Shown: piece by piece, positions 47,558-56,130 of the stretch
How the letters are laid out: each line of letters opens with the position of its first letter
How positions within the stretch are numbered: position 1 is the first letter of the stretch
Assembly (NCBI GenBank): GCA_963662335.2
Contig: CAXXVD010000005.1
Location: 128,001-192,000 of the forward strand
Source: Chloroflexota bacterium
GTDB lineage: Bacteria; Chloroflexota; UBA11872; VXOZ01
Length of the DNA: 64,000 nt
Direction: 5' to 3'
The notes under the pieces: model-generated
What the model saw: only the letters and a program-made list of their open reading frames with translations
Database searches by the model: none
Told to the model about the DNA's origin: nothing
Program-made: the position numbers and the translations under genes

Positions 47558-50005
47558 CTATAGTACGCTTACCGGGTCTACGTCGATCGTCCAGCCCGCG
47601 GGCACGTGAACCAACAGGCGGTGAATGTCTTTCCCGCGCACGATGACGTGCCAGCGGTAGAGACCGCGCACACGCTCCGGGAACGCGGGTGCGGGCCCCA
47701 GAAGCTCAACCGCAAGGCCGTCGCGCGCGGTGGCCTCTTGCAGACATTGTACCAAAGCCACGGCCGCCTCGGCGGCGCGCTCGGCATTGCGGTCTTGGTA
47801 GAGGAGCACGGCCATGGCGACGCTTGGCGGGAAAGCCCCCGCGCGCTCTTCCATGCTCTTGCGGTAGAACCACAGGTAACGCCCGATCTCAAGCGCGCGC
47901 AGGGGCAGGCTCTCCGGCGTGTAGGTTTGGACAAGGAAATCCGCCCCGGCTGCCGCCGCCATGAACCCTATGCGCCGCAAGAGTTGGTACGTGCGCTCAG
48001 AGGCGCGAAAGTCCGGCAGGTGGAGCGCCGTATCCGCGGACACCACGGCGTAGAGCGCAACCGGCAACGGCTCGCGCAGCACGGCCGCGGTGCCGATGAG
48101 GATACCCAGCTTGCCTTCCCGCAGGGCGGCGAATGGGCTAGCCCCTTCTTTCGCGCTGATGACGTCGCTGTCCCAGCGCGCGATGCGGGCGTCGGGCAGG
48201 ATGCGCTGCATCTCCAGTTCCACGGCCTGCGCGCCGACGCCGCGAAAACGCAGCGGCTTTGCGCACACGGGGCACTGCGACGGAATCGGCGCTTCCGCTG
48301 CACAGCGGTGGCAGCGCATGACGCCGCTCGCCCGGTGCTGCACCAAGGGCACGCTGCAATTTTGGCACTCGACCACGTGGCCGCACGCGGGGCAGAGCGC
48401 GTGGGTCGCCGCGCCGCGCCGGTTCTGCAAGAGCACCACGGGCCGCCGGTCATCGAGGGCTTTAGCAACCGCGTCCCGCAACTCACGGCTGATAAGCTGC
48501 CGCGGCCCCACGTGGCGGGCCGCGCGCATGTCTATGATGCGAGCGGTGGGCGTAACGTCCGTGGCGCGGACGAATTGGGCGTTTCCGCTCTCAACTTCCG
48601 CATACGTGGTCACACGCGGGGTGTGCGAAAAGAGCAGCAGCGGCGCACCGAACTGCTCGGAAAGCCATTCGGCGACGGTAACGGCGTGGAAGCGCAGGCC
48701 CTTGAGGTTCTTGTCGACGTTTTCATCTGAACGCGGGATTTCGGGATTCTTGTAGTAGTCCTCGTGTTCACTATCGACAAGTATCAGTCCCAGTTGTTGA
48801 AACGGGAGGAATACCGCGGTCCGTGTGCCGACCACTACAACCGGATCACGGCTGTACACACGCTCCCAAGTAGTCCGGCGTTTCGCCGTTCGCAGCGCTT
48901 CGTGCCACTCTAGCGCTGCGCCGGGGAACGTGGATTCCAGAGTCTCGGCAACCCGCCGCGCCACGGCTGGGTTGGGAGTAAGGAGCAAGACCTGGCCGCC
49001 GGCCGCGAGCGTGCGCGCCGCGGCATGGCAGTACAGTTGCTCGGGTGAGGAATTGACCATCACGACGGTGCGGCGAGGGCGAGCCGTACTTTCGCCATCA
49101 GACATGGTCGGGGCAATTGCTTCCCAGGCGCGCGCCTCAGCGGGGTCATCGAGAGTCGGCAGGCCCGCTGGTGCGTGGCCAAGCCGAATCTGATGCGCGG
49201 CGTCAAAACGCACCAAGCCTTTCTCTTCAAGCCTGCGCAATGAACCCAGATTCCCGCCCGTTTCCCTAAGCAGCGCGTCAACGGGAGCGCGCCTGCTACG
49301 GTCTTCCAGGGCTTGCATGAGACGGCGTTGGGAGCGCGAACGCCGCAAGAGCGTTTCCGCATCCTGTAGCCCAGCAAGACTCGCAACCCACTGCTCTCTC
49401 AGGGATGGCGGCCGCGCCGCCTGAACCTCTACGCGCACGTGCACGGCGCCGGCGCGTTCCAGCCGCCTTTGAATAGGCTTGTACTCCTTGCTGCCAACCA
49501 ACTGCGCGAGTTTCTTGTGCGATACTTCGTCTCCCTCCCGCAATGCCGAGAGTATGAGTTGACCGCTTTCTGTTTTTGCAATGTCCTCCGGCAGGGGTAC
49601 TTGCGGATCCAACTTCGACCAGCGCCGCACGCGCCCGCGCAAACCGGGCGGCAGCATGGGCGCAATCACTTTCATCGGAGAAGCGAAGTAGTAGCGGGCG
49701 ATTCTGCGCGCCAGGGCGATTTGCGCCGGCGTGAGCAGCGCGCCGTCGGCGACGACGTCCATGATTTCGCGGATGTCTTCCAGCGGCACAGGAGATTCTT
49801 CCGCGCCGGCCACCACCAGGCCTTCGATGATGCGTTCGCCAAAGCCGACGAGCACCATCACGCCCGGCGCGACTCGTTCCCGCAGGTGAGCGGGTACGGC
49901 GTAATGGTAGGTCTGATCCGCGGGGACGTTGAGCACGTCCACCGCGACCTCGGCGTACGGCGTCTCGAGAGGGGGTGGGTTCACCGGCGCGGGGAAATCC
50001 GACAC
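47558..50005 (-). CDS. priA: Primosomal protein N' (PriA) with degenerate helicase motifs
   Basis: N-terminal 3'-binding domain (YHY.VP...G.MV.V.FG.R), NRRG, four CxxC pairs, ALHLPDFRASERTYQLL, VQTY.P, LGPAPA; gmk-priA-def-fmt synteny. Confidence 0.88.
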   Translation of the reverse strand: MSDFPAPVNPPPLETPYAEVAVDVLNVPADQTYHYAVPAHLRERVAPGVMVLVGFGERIIEGLVVAGAEESPVPLEDIREIMDVVADGALLTPAQIALARRIARYYFASPMKVIAPMLPPGLRGRVRRWSKLDPQVPLPEDIAKTESGQLILSALREGDEVSHKKLAQLVGSKEYKPIQRRLERAGAVHVRVEVQAARPPSLREQWVASLAGLQDAETLLRRSRSQRRLMQALEDRSRRAPVDALLRETGGNLGSLRRLEEKGLVRFDAAHQIRLGHAPAGLPTLDDPAEARAWEAIAPTMSDGESTARPRRTVVMVNSSPEQLYCHAAARTLAAGGQVLLLTPNPAVARRVAETLESTFPGAALEWHEALRTAKRRTTWERVYSRDPVVVVGTRTAVFLPFQQLGLILVDSEHEDYYKNPEIPRSDENVDKNLKGLRFHAVTVAEWLSEQFGAPLLLFSHTPRVTTYAEVESGNAQFVRATDVTPTARIIDMRAARHVGPRQLISRELRDAVAKALDDRRPVVLLQNRRGAATHALCPACGHVVECQNCSVPLVQHRASGVMRCHRCAAEAPIPSQCPVCAKPLRFRGVGAQAVELEMQRILPDARIARWDSDVISAKEGASPFAALREGKLGILIGTAAVLREPLPVALYAVVSADTALHLPDFRASERTYQLLRRIGFMAAAAGADFLVQTYTPESLPLRALEIGRYLWFYRKSMEERAGAFPPSVAMAVLLYQDRNAERAAEAAVALVQCLQEATARDGLAVELLGPAPAFPERVRGLYRWHVIVRGKDIHRLLVHVPAGWTIDVDPVSVL

Positions 50006-50616
50006 TTTTCCGCCGTCATGATGGCGCTGAGTTGCTCGACTGCGGCCTCTAGTTTGCCCGGCTGATTGACAACGAGGTAGTCGAACTGTGGAATTGCCGC
50101 CAGTTCACGCTGTGCCAGCGCGTCGCGGGTGGCTTCTTCAGCGGGCGATTCCGTGCCCCGGCGGTCGCGGCGCTCGCGCAGCGCCTCCAGAGAAGGCGGC
50201 CCAATGAAGACGTGAATGCTCGCGGGCATGCGCTCGCGAATCGAAGCGGCGCCTTGCACGTCCACCCGCAGCAGCACGTCCTCCCCGCGCTCCAGCGCGC
50301 CCGTAACCTCTAGGAGCGGCGTGCCGTACCGGCGGCCGTAGACGGTTGCGGTTTCCAGAAACTTCCCTTGCGCCTCCCACTGCGCGAACTCAGCCGGCGT
50401 AAGAAAGTGGTGGTGCGCGCCGTGCGCTTCACCGGGGCGCGGCGGACGCGTGACGGCCGTGACCGCCCGGTAGAAGCGCACGCCCCGCGCGGCGAGACCG
50501 CCGATGACCGCGTCCTTGCCGACGCCCGACGGCCCGGAGAGCACGAAGAGTCGCGCTCGCGGCAATTCGACGCCGGGAGTTGCTGCTTGAGATGCCGGCT
50601 GCGGGAGAGCGTCCAC
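49981..50616 (-). CDS. gmk: Guanylate kinase
   Basis: LSGPSGVGKD, TRPPRPGE..G..HHF, YGTP, DVQGA, FDYLVVN. Start is approximate (GTG 50616). Confidence 0.93.
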   Translation of the reverse strand: MDALPQPASQAATPGVELPRARLFVLSGPSGVGKDAVIGGLAARGVRFYRAVTAVTRPPRPGEAHGAHHHFLTPAEFAQWEAQGKFLETATVYGRRYGTPLLEVTGALERGEDVLLRVDVQGAASIRERMPASIHVFIGPPSLEALRERRDRRGTESPAEEATRDALAQRELAAIPQFDYLVVNQPGKLEAAVEQLSAIMTAEKCRISPRR

Positions 50617-50761
50617 CGCCACACACGCTCCGTCTGCTGCGCAATTGCTACGCGATTTAGAGTACGCGACAGACTTGGCACCGGTCAACGTCGCGCTTCT
50701 GGCAAGACGCCGCAGCGAGTAAGTACAGCGCTTTCCCCTTAGCCGACCCACAGCGTCCGCA

Positions 50762-50795
50762 GTAGCGCGGGGGCCTGCCCCCCGCCTCTTAGCGC
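50762..50795. repeat. GTAG-tagged REP, family D
   Basis: GTAGCGCGGGGGCCTGCCCCCCGCCTCTTAGCGC, a near copy of 34945-34976. Confidence 0.7.
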
Positions 50796-50879
50796 AAGAA
50801 CCCAACTCCATCGGGCGCAGGATACTTCGCAGCGCGCGCCACTGACGAACTCACCACACCAGGGACCAGGCAAGAGACC

Positions 50880-51887
50880 TCACGCCTGTTCCCAGGCCGC
50901 GAGGTTCTGCTCGGCAAATTCGCGGTAGAACAGCACGTAACTCCGGTAGCGGCGCGGAGACATGGCCCCATCCGCTTGCGCGGCGCGCACGGCGCAGCCC
51001 GGTTCGTCACGATGGGAGCAATCGCGAAAGCGGCACTGCCCAAAGAGCGCGCGGATTTCCGGAAAGAACTGGGCGAGGTCCTCAGGCAAGATGTTCCACA
51101 CGGCCAGTTTGCGCAGACCGGGCGTATCCATGACCAACGTCTCGGCGTCGAGGCTCACGGTCTCCGCCCGCGTCGTGACGTGGCGGCCCTCGCCTTTCGC
51201 GTCAACCGCCCCGGTCGGCAGCGCGGCGTCCGCGGCCAGGCAATTGATGAGGGAGGACTTGCCAACACCCGAGACGCCGCTGAAGACCGAACGCGCGCCG
51301 TGCACCTGCGCGCGCAAGGACGTGATACCGGCGCCGGTGAGGGCGCTGGTGGTGAGTGTCGTGTAACCGAGGCGCTCATATCGCGTTAGCTCTTCCGCAA
51401 TCTCAGGCGGGACGCCCCGGTCGCTCTTGTTCAGCACGATGAGCGCGGGCAGCGTGTGGTGCTCGGCAATCACCAGGTAGCGGTCGAGCAGCGTGAAGTC
51501 GGGCGGCGGCTCCGCCGCCGACAGCACGATCACCACCTGGTCCACGTTTGCCGCCAGCACGTGGACGCGCTTGCTCTCAGGCGCCTGGCGCACCAGGCCG
51601 CGCGTCTCGTCTCCCTCCTGCAGGATCTCTTCGATAACGCCCGTGTCCGGCCCCAGCGGCCGTATACGCACTAGGTCGCCGACGCTCACCGGCGAGCGCG
51701 TCTGGGTGGGCTGCACCCGCTGCACGCGCGGCGCGCGGCTCTTGCTGGTGGAGTAGACCAGTTGTTTGCGCAATTTGCCCCGCAGCGTGCAGCGAAACGT
51801 GCCGCCGGCGGTCTTAACCAGGCATTCCCCGCGTGCAATCCGCAGGACTGTGCCCTCGTGAGTCCGGTGACCGCGCCCGGCGCTCAT
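50880..51887 (-). CDS. rsgA: Ribosome small subunit-dependent GTPase A
   Basis: AANVD, NKSD, GVSGVGKSS, GRHVTT, DTPG, CRFRDCSHRDEPGC. Confidence 0.95.
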   Translation of the reverse strand: MSAGRGHRTHEGTVLRIARGECLVKTAGGTFRCTLRGKLRKQLVYSTSKSRAPRVQRVQPTQTRSPVSVGDLVRIRPLGPDTGVIEEILQEGDETRGLVRQAPESKRVHVLAANVDQVVIVLSAAEPPPDFTLLDRYLVIAEHHTLPALIVLNKSDRGVPPEIAEELTRYERLGYTTLTTSALTGAGITSLRAQVHGARSVFSGVSGVGKSSLINCLAADAALPTGAVDAKGEGRHVTTRAETVSLDAETLVMDTPGLRKLAVWNILPEDLAQFFPEIRALFGQCRFRDCSHRDEPGCAVRAAQADGAMSPRRYRSYVLFYREFAEQNLAAWEQA

Positions 51888-51933
51888 TGCGCCGCGCCCG
51901 CCGCGCCGCGCGGCGCACAGGCGGCATAGAACC

Positions 51934-51967
51934 AAAAAGACCGGCATCCTGGTGCGGATGTCGGTCT
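51934..51967 (-). terminator. Intrinsic terminator after tig
   Basis: Minus strand reads GACCGACATCC-GCACCA-GGATGCCGGTC-TTTTT. Confidence 0.6.
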
Positions 51968-52014
51968 CGTGTCAGTGAAGGGTGACGGCGCGCGCATGGG
52001 GCTACGGCTCGCAG

Positions 52015-53469
52015 CTAGGCTTCGGCCACCGGCGAAGATTGCGCCGCCGGTTTTTCCGGTGAGAGCTCTCCCGATGGCGCCGCCTCCGGTTCCGCGTCCA
52101 CGGTAACTTCCTCTATGGTAATCGTCTCTTTCAGGAAGTCGATCGTCTTGCGCATGCGCAGGTTCATGGCAATGTTCGTCCGCGACGCATCGCTGTTCAA
52201 GTACTGCTGCATCTGCTGCAAGCGCGCTTGGATTTCATCCTTCGACGGCTGCTTCTCGGTGACGATTCGCCCGGTCGGCTGTTCCTGCTGCGCCATCTGG
52301 AAGCGGTAGTTCGCCATGTTTTGCTCGACTTCGCCGTCGATCTCTTCTTTCGGCACCGAGATTTCCTCCGCGCTCGCTACCGCGTCGAGCGCGATGAAGT
52401 TGCGCACCATACTCTCGGCCCGCTCCTGCAAGCGCTGCTTCCACTCCTCCTCAGAGAGGTTGAGCATCTGCAGGTAGTACTGCTTGGGGATGCCGCGCTG
52501 CGCCGCCTCGAAGGCTTCGCGCTGCTCCAGCCGCTGCGCTTGCTCCTCGATGAGCACGTCGGGCACCTCGAACGTGGAACCGTTGACGAGTTCCTGCACC
52601 AAGGTGTTCTCCGCCTGCTGTTCGGCGTCCTGCGCGGCGCGTTCTTCCAAACGCTTGCGCACGTCCGCGCGCAGGTCAGCGATCGTTTCGAATTCCCCCG
52701 TAGCTTGGGCCAGTTCATCGGTGAGGCCCAAGAGCCGCTTCTGGCTGACGCCGCGCACCGCAATCTCGAAGTCGGCCGAGCGGCCGCGCACGGCTTCCAC
52801 CGGATAGTCGTCCGGCAGCAGGAGGATGAAAGAACGCTCCTGCCCGGCAACCATACCCAAGGCGGCTTCGTCGAAACCCTCCGGCAGCGTGTTTTCACCG
52901 ATGATTATGCTGGAGCCGGGGGCATTATTGATAACGCGGCCTTCCACGCTGATGCGCAAGTCCAGCTTCACGCGGTCGCCGCTCGCGACCGGACGCTCCA
53001 CGTCATCCCATTGGACAAGCTGCTGCTCCAGGCTTTCGACCACCGTCAGGACGTCCGTATCGGTGACGCGCCGCTTCTCCTTGGTAATGCGAATGGCGCG
53101 GTAGTCGCCGGACTCAACCGTGGGCTTTACGGGCACGGTGGCGGCGAACGACACCGGCTGCTCTCTTTCGGCTTGCAGCATTTCGAGTTGCGGCGCGCCA
53201 ACCGGCTGGACTTCCGTCTGCTTCAGCGCTTCCGCGTACGCCGCCGGCACAAGTCGATCGAGGGCCTCGCGGAAGACCGTCTCCACGCCGGCGTGGCGCT
53301 CGACCAAGGCTTGCGGCGCGCGGCCGCGGCGGAAACCGGCAATGTTGACCTTGTCGCTGACACGGCGCACGGCGCGCTTATACGCCGTTTCCACCTCTGC
53401 CAGCGGCACTTCCACCGTAAGCTTGACCTGGCTCTTCTCAAGCGTTTCCGACGTTACCGTAATCTCCAT
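52015..53469 (-). CDS. tig: Trigger factor
   Basis: IAGFRRGRAP ribosome-binding motif, FKBP-like GD.V..D...GF...LG, C-terminal helical domain. Confidence 0.93.
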   Translation of the reverse strand: MEITVTSETLEKSQVKLTVEVPLAEVETAYKRAVRRVSDKVNIAGFRRGRAPQALVERHAGVETVFREALDRLVPAAYAEALKQTEVQPVGAPQLEMLQAEREQPVSFAATVPVKPTVESGDYRAIRITKEKRRVTDTDVLTVVESLEQQLVQWDDVERPVASGDRVKLDLRISVEGRVINNAPGSSIIIGENTLPEGFDEAALGMVAGQERSFILLLPDDYPVEAVRGRSADFEIAVRGVSQKRLLGLTDELAQATGEFETIADLRADVRKRLEERAAQDAEQQAENTLVQELVNGSTFEVPDVLIEEQAQRLEQREAFEAAQRGIPKQYYLQMLNLSEEEWKQRLQERAESMVRNFIALDAVASAEEISVPKEEIDGEVEQNMANYRFQMAQQEQPTGRIVTEKQPSKDEIQARLQQMQQYLNSDASRTNIAMNLRMRKTIDFLKETITIEEVTVDAEPEAAPSGELSPEKPAAQSSPVAEA

Positions 53470-53614
53470 TGCCGTGTGTGCTCTCCCTTACCGCAACACC
53501 GCTGCGCGCAAACACAAGGCGCAGGGAACCAACCCCGCGCTGCCGGAGACGGGAAAGGCCGCTGCGCGCGCAGGCATCGACCTCTCGCGGCCTCAGCCGC
53601 GACGCATCTATGGC

Positions 53615-53649
53615 AAAAAAAGAGGCGCGGCCGGAGCAGCGCTCTCTTT
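53615..53649 (-). terminator. Probable intrinsic terminator after tRNA-Gly
   Basis: Minus strand AAAGAGAGCGC...GCGCCTCTTTTTTT: imperfect hairpin plus U tract. Confidence 0.45.
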
Positions 53650-53680
53650 CACCAACGTCGGCGTTTTGTGAGCCGCCGGG

Positions 53681-53752
53681 AGCGGAAGACGGGATTCGAA
53701 CCCGTGACCCTCACCTTGGCAAGGTGATGCTCTACCACTGAGCCACTTCCGC
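53681..53752 (-). tRNA. tRNA-Gly (GCC)
   Basis: Minus strand GCGGAAGTGGCTCAGTGGTAGAGCATCACCTTGCCAAGGTGAGGGTCACGGGTTCGAATCCCGTCTTCCGCT folds into a cloverleaf with a GCC anticodon; CCA is not encoded (followed by CCC). Confidence 0.97.
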
Positions 53753-53770
53753 ATTGCTTCATTCGCCCCC

Positions 53771-53799
53771 ATTATAGCGAGTAGAAAAGTTCTTGGCAA
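53771..53799 (-). promoter_or_regulatory. Sigma70 promoter of tRNA-Gly
   Basis: Minus strand TTGCCA-N17-TATAAT. Confidence 0.7.
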
Positions 53800-53939
53800 G
53801 ACATAGGCGCACAAATGGATTCTTGGCCCTTCCGTGCGCTCTACGTCTGCCTGCCCCGAGCGTATCGAAGGGTCGAACAGCGGCTCCGCATGGAACGACG
53901 TATTCATGAGACGCCGTCTCGTTCCTCTTCCTGCGCACT

Positions 53940-53969
53940 TTGACAGCCGGGCAAGTCCATTGCTACACT
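53940..53969 (+). promoter_or_regulatory. Sigma70 promoter for the epimerase-reductase pair
   Basis: TTGACA-N18-TACACT with extended TG. Confidence 0.55.
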
Positions 53970-54018
53970 TGCCACGAGCCAAATCTGCCCGCTTGCAGAA
54001 CGGAGGGATCGCGCCGGC

Positions 54019-54954
54019 ATGGAGAGACACTGGAGCTACTACATGCACCTGGGATTCGTGCATTTCATGCTCTTTCCGGAGGTGATGGGCGGTGACGGAC
54101 CCATAATCGAATCGCTGCGTCACCTTACGGCAGACGACTTCTTCCAGGTAGCCGAGATTACCCACATCGCCGATCCCGCCGTCGCCAAGGAAGCCAAGGC
54201 GTTGAGCGAAACAACCAAGCTCAACCTCGGCTTTGGCGTGCAGCCCATCCTCCTGCGCAATCAACTAAACCTCGCCAGCCTGGATGAATCGCACCGCCAG
54301 GCCGTGGTCACGCGCGTCAAAGAAGCCGTGGACGAAGCCTACGCCATGGGCACCCGCGTGCTTGGCCTCTTCGACGGTCCTTCATCGTACCCCGGCGAAG
54401 AGTATAAAGACCAGGCCTTGCGCGCGTTTGCCGAGTCGCTCAAGGAAATCTGCGCCTACGCCGAGCGGCAGCGCACCGACTACACGCTCTGGATTTCGCT
54501 GGAGCAGTTCGACCGGGACGTGGACAAGAAGAGCCTGGTCGGCCCCATCGAGGACACGCTGCCCCTCTGCCAGGACGTGCGCGCCCAGTGCGGCAACTTT
54601 GGGCTGCTGGTGGACCAAGGACACCTGCCGCTGCTGGGCGAAACGCCGCAAGGCACGCTCTCGGCGGCGCGCGAGTATCTGGGCCACATCCACCTGGGCA
54701 GTTGCGTCAAGAAGCCGGGTCACGCCCTCTACGGCGACCAACATCCCCGCTTCGGACACGAGGACGGCGAGAACGACACGGCGGAGCTTACTGAGTTCCT
54801 CCGCACGCTGTTCGAGATCGGCTATTTCGACATGGACGTGCCCACGGAGAAACCGCTCTGCACCTTCGAGTTGAAACCCGCCCCCGGCGAGGATTCCCTT
54901 TCCCTCATGGCAAACGCCAAGCGGACGTTCCAGGCGGCCTGGGCGCAACTCTAG
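54019..54954 (+). CDS. Sugar phosphate isomerase/epimerase, TIM barrel (AP_endonuc_2 family)
   Basis: SL.EIC.YA, LEQFDR.VDK, GLLVD.GH.P, HIHLG, GDQHPRFG, FELKP. Confidence 0.8.
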   Translation: MERHWSYYMHLGFVHFMLFPEVMGGDGPIIESLRHLTADDFFQVAEITHIADPAVAKEAKALSETTKLNLGFGVQPILLRNQLNLASLDESHRQAVVTRVKEAVDEAYAMGTRVLGLFDGPSSYPGEEYKDQALRAFAESLKEICAYAERQRTDYTLWISLEQFDRDVDKKSLVGPIEDTLPLCQDVRAQCGNFGLLVDQGHLPLLGETPQGTLSAAREYLGHIHLGSCVKKPGHALYGDQHPRFGHEDGENDTAELTEFLRTLFEIGYFDMDVPTEKPLCTFELKPAPGEDSLSLMANAKRTFQAAWAQL

Positions 54955-54988
54955 ACACGACCGAGCACCTAGAAAGAGCAAGGAAACC

Positions 54989-55969
54989 ATGCAGCCGAAA
55001 GTCTACGTCACCCGCCGGATACCGGAGTCCGGTATCGAGCTTCTCCAGCAGTCGTGCGCCGTGGAGATTTGGGATAGCGACGAGGTCATGCCGCGCGACA
55101 CGTTTCTCGCGGCGGTCGCCGGCAGGGACGCCGTGCTCTGTCTGCTCACCGATAAAGTCGACGCCGAGACCATGGACGTGGCCAAGAACGTGAAGATCTT
55201 CGCCAACATGGCGGTAGGCTTCGACAACATCGACGTGCCGGAGTGCACCAAGCGCGGCATCATGGCGAGCAACACGCCGGGCGTCCTCACCGACACCACC
55301 GCCGACTTTGCGTTCACATTGCTCATGGCGGCGGCGCGCCGCATCCGCGAGGCGCACGAGTACGTCCACGCGAGCAAGTGGACGACGTGGGGCCCGCTGC
55401 TCCTCATGGGCCAGGACATCCATCACGCCACGCTCGGCCTGATTGGGCTGGGGCGCATTGGCGCGGAAATGGCCCGGCGCGGGCAGGGTTTCTCCATGCG
55501 CGTGCTCTACAACGACATCGTGCGGCGGGAGGACCTGGAACAGGAACTCGGCCTGGAGTACGCCGACTTCGAGACGGTTCTGAAGGAATCCGACTTCGTG
55601 AGCCTGCACGTGCCCTACATGCCCGCCACGCATCATCTCGTCAGCACGGCGGAACTTGCCCTTATGAAGCAGTCGGCGGTGCTGATCAATACGGCGCGCG
55701 GCGCAATCGTCGACCCGCAGGCGCTCTACGCGGCGCTGTCGTCAGGCGAGATTTGGGCGGCGGGGCTGGACGTTACCGAGCCGGAGCCGATTCCGATGGA
55801 CGACCCGCTGCTGACGCTGGACAATTGCCTGGTCGTGCCCCACATCGCCAGCGCCAGCTTCAACACCCGCAGCGACATGTCCGAACTTGCCGCGAACAAC
55901 ATCCTGGCCGCGCTCGCCGGGGAACGGCCTCCCACCATCCTCAATCCTGAGGTGCTGGAGAACGGCTAG
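54989..55969 (+). CDS. D-glycerate dehydrogenase / glyoxylate reductase (GyaR/GhrB-like)
   Basis: VYVTRRIP, AVGFDNID, NTPGVLTDTTAD, GLGRIG, INTARG, LDVTEPEP, PHIASA. Confidence 0.9.
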   Translation: MQPKVYVTRRIPESGIELLQQSCAVEIWDSDEVMPRDTFLAAVAGRDAVLCLLTDKVDAETMDVAKNVKIFANMAVGFDNIDVPECTKRGIMASNTPGVLTDTTADFAFTLLMAAARRIREAHEYVHASKWTTWGPLLLMGQDIHHATLGLIGLGRIGAEMARRGQGFSMRVLYNDIVRREDLEQELGLEYADFETVLKESDFVSLHVPYMPATHHLVSTAELALMKQSAVLINTARGAIVDPQALYAALSSGEIWAAGLDVTEPEPIPMDDPLLTLDNCLVVPHIASASFNTRSDMSELAANNILAALAGERPPTILNPEVLENG

Positions 55970-56006
55970 GCCGCGGCTACCGGTGGCTACCTGAATCCGT
56001 GCTTCC

Positions 56007-56068
56007 AGATTCTTCGCTTCCCGGCCGGTAATGACAACTCACGTCATTCCGAGCGCAGCGAGGAATCT
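56007..56068. repeat. Inverted pair of CGTC/GTCATT-type REPs between convergent genes
   Basis: AGATTCTTCGCT...AATGAC-AACTCAC-GTCATTCCGAGCGCAGCGAGGAATCT forms a long imperfect stem. Confidence 0.65.
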
Positions 56069-56130
56069 ATAGCGCAGCGCGGAACGGGGAGCAGCCGCAC
56101 GTAGTGCCGCGCCACAATCCCGCGGTTCAT

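Noticed and set aside
53681-53752. tRNA-Gly as the integration site of a genomic island
   Set aside because: No integrase and no duplicated tRNA 3' end were seen; the tRNA is followed directly by a terminator-like hairpin and tig.
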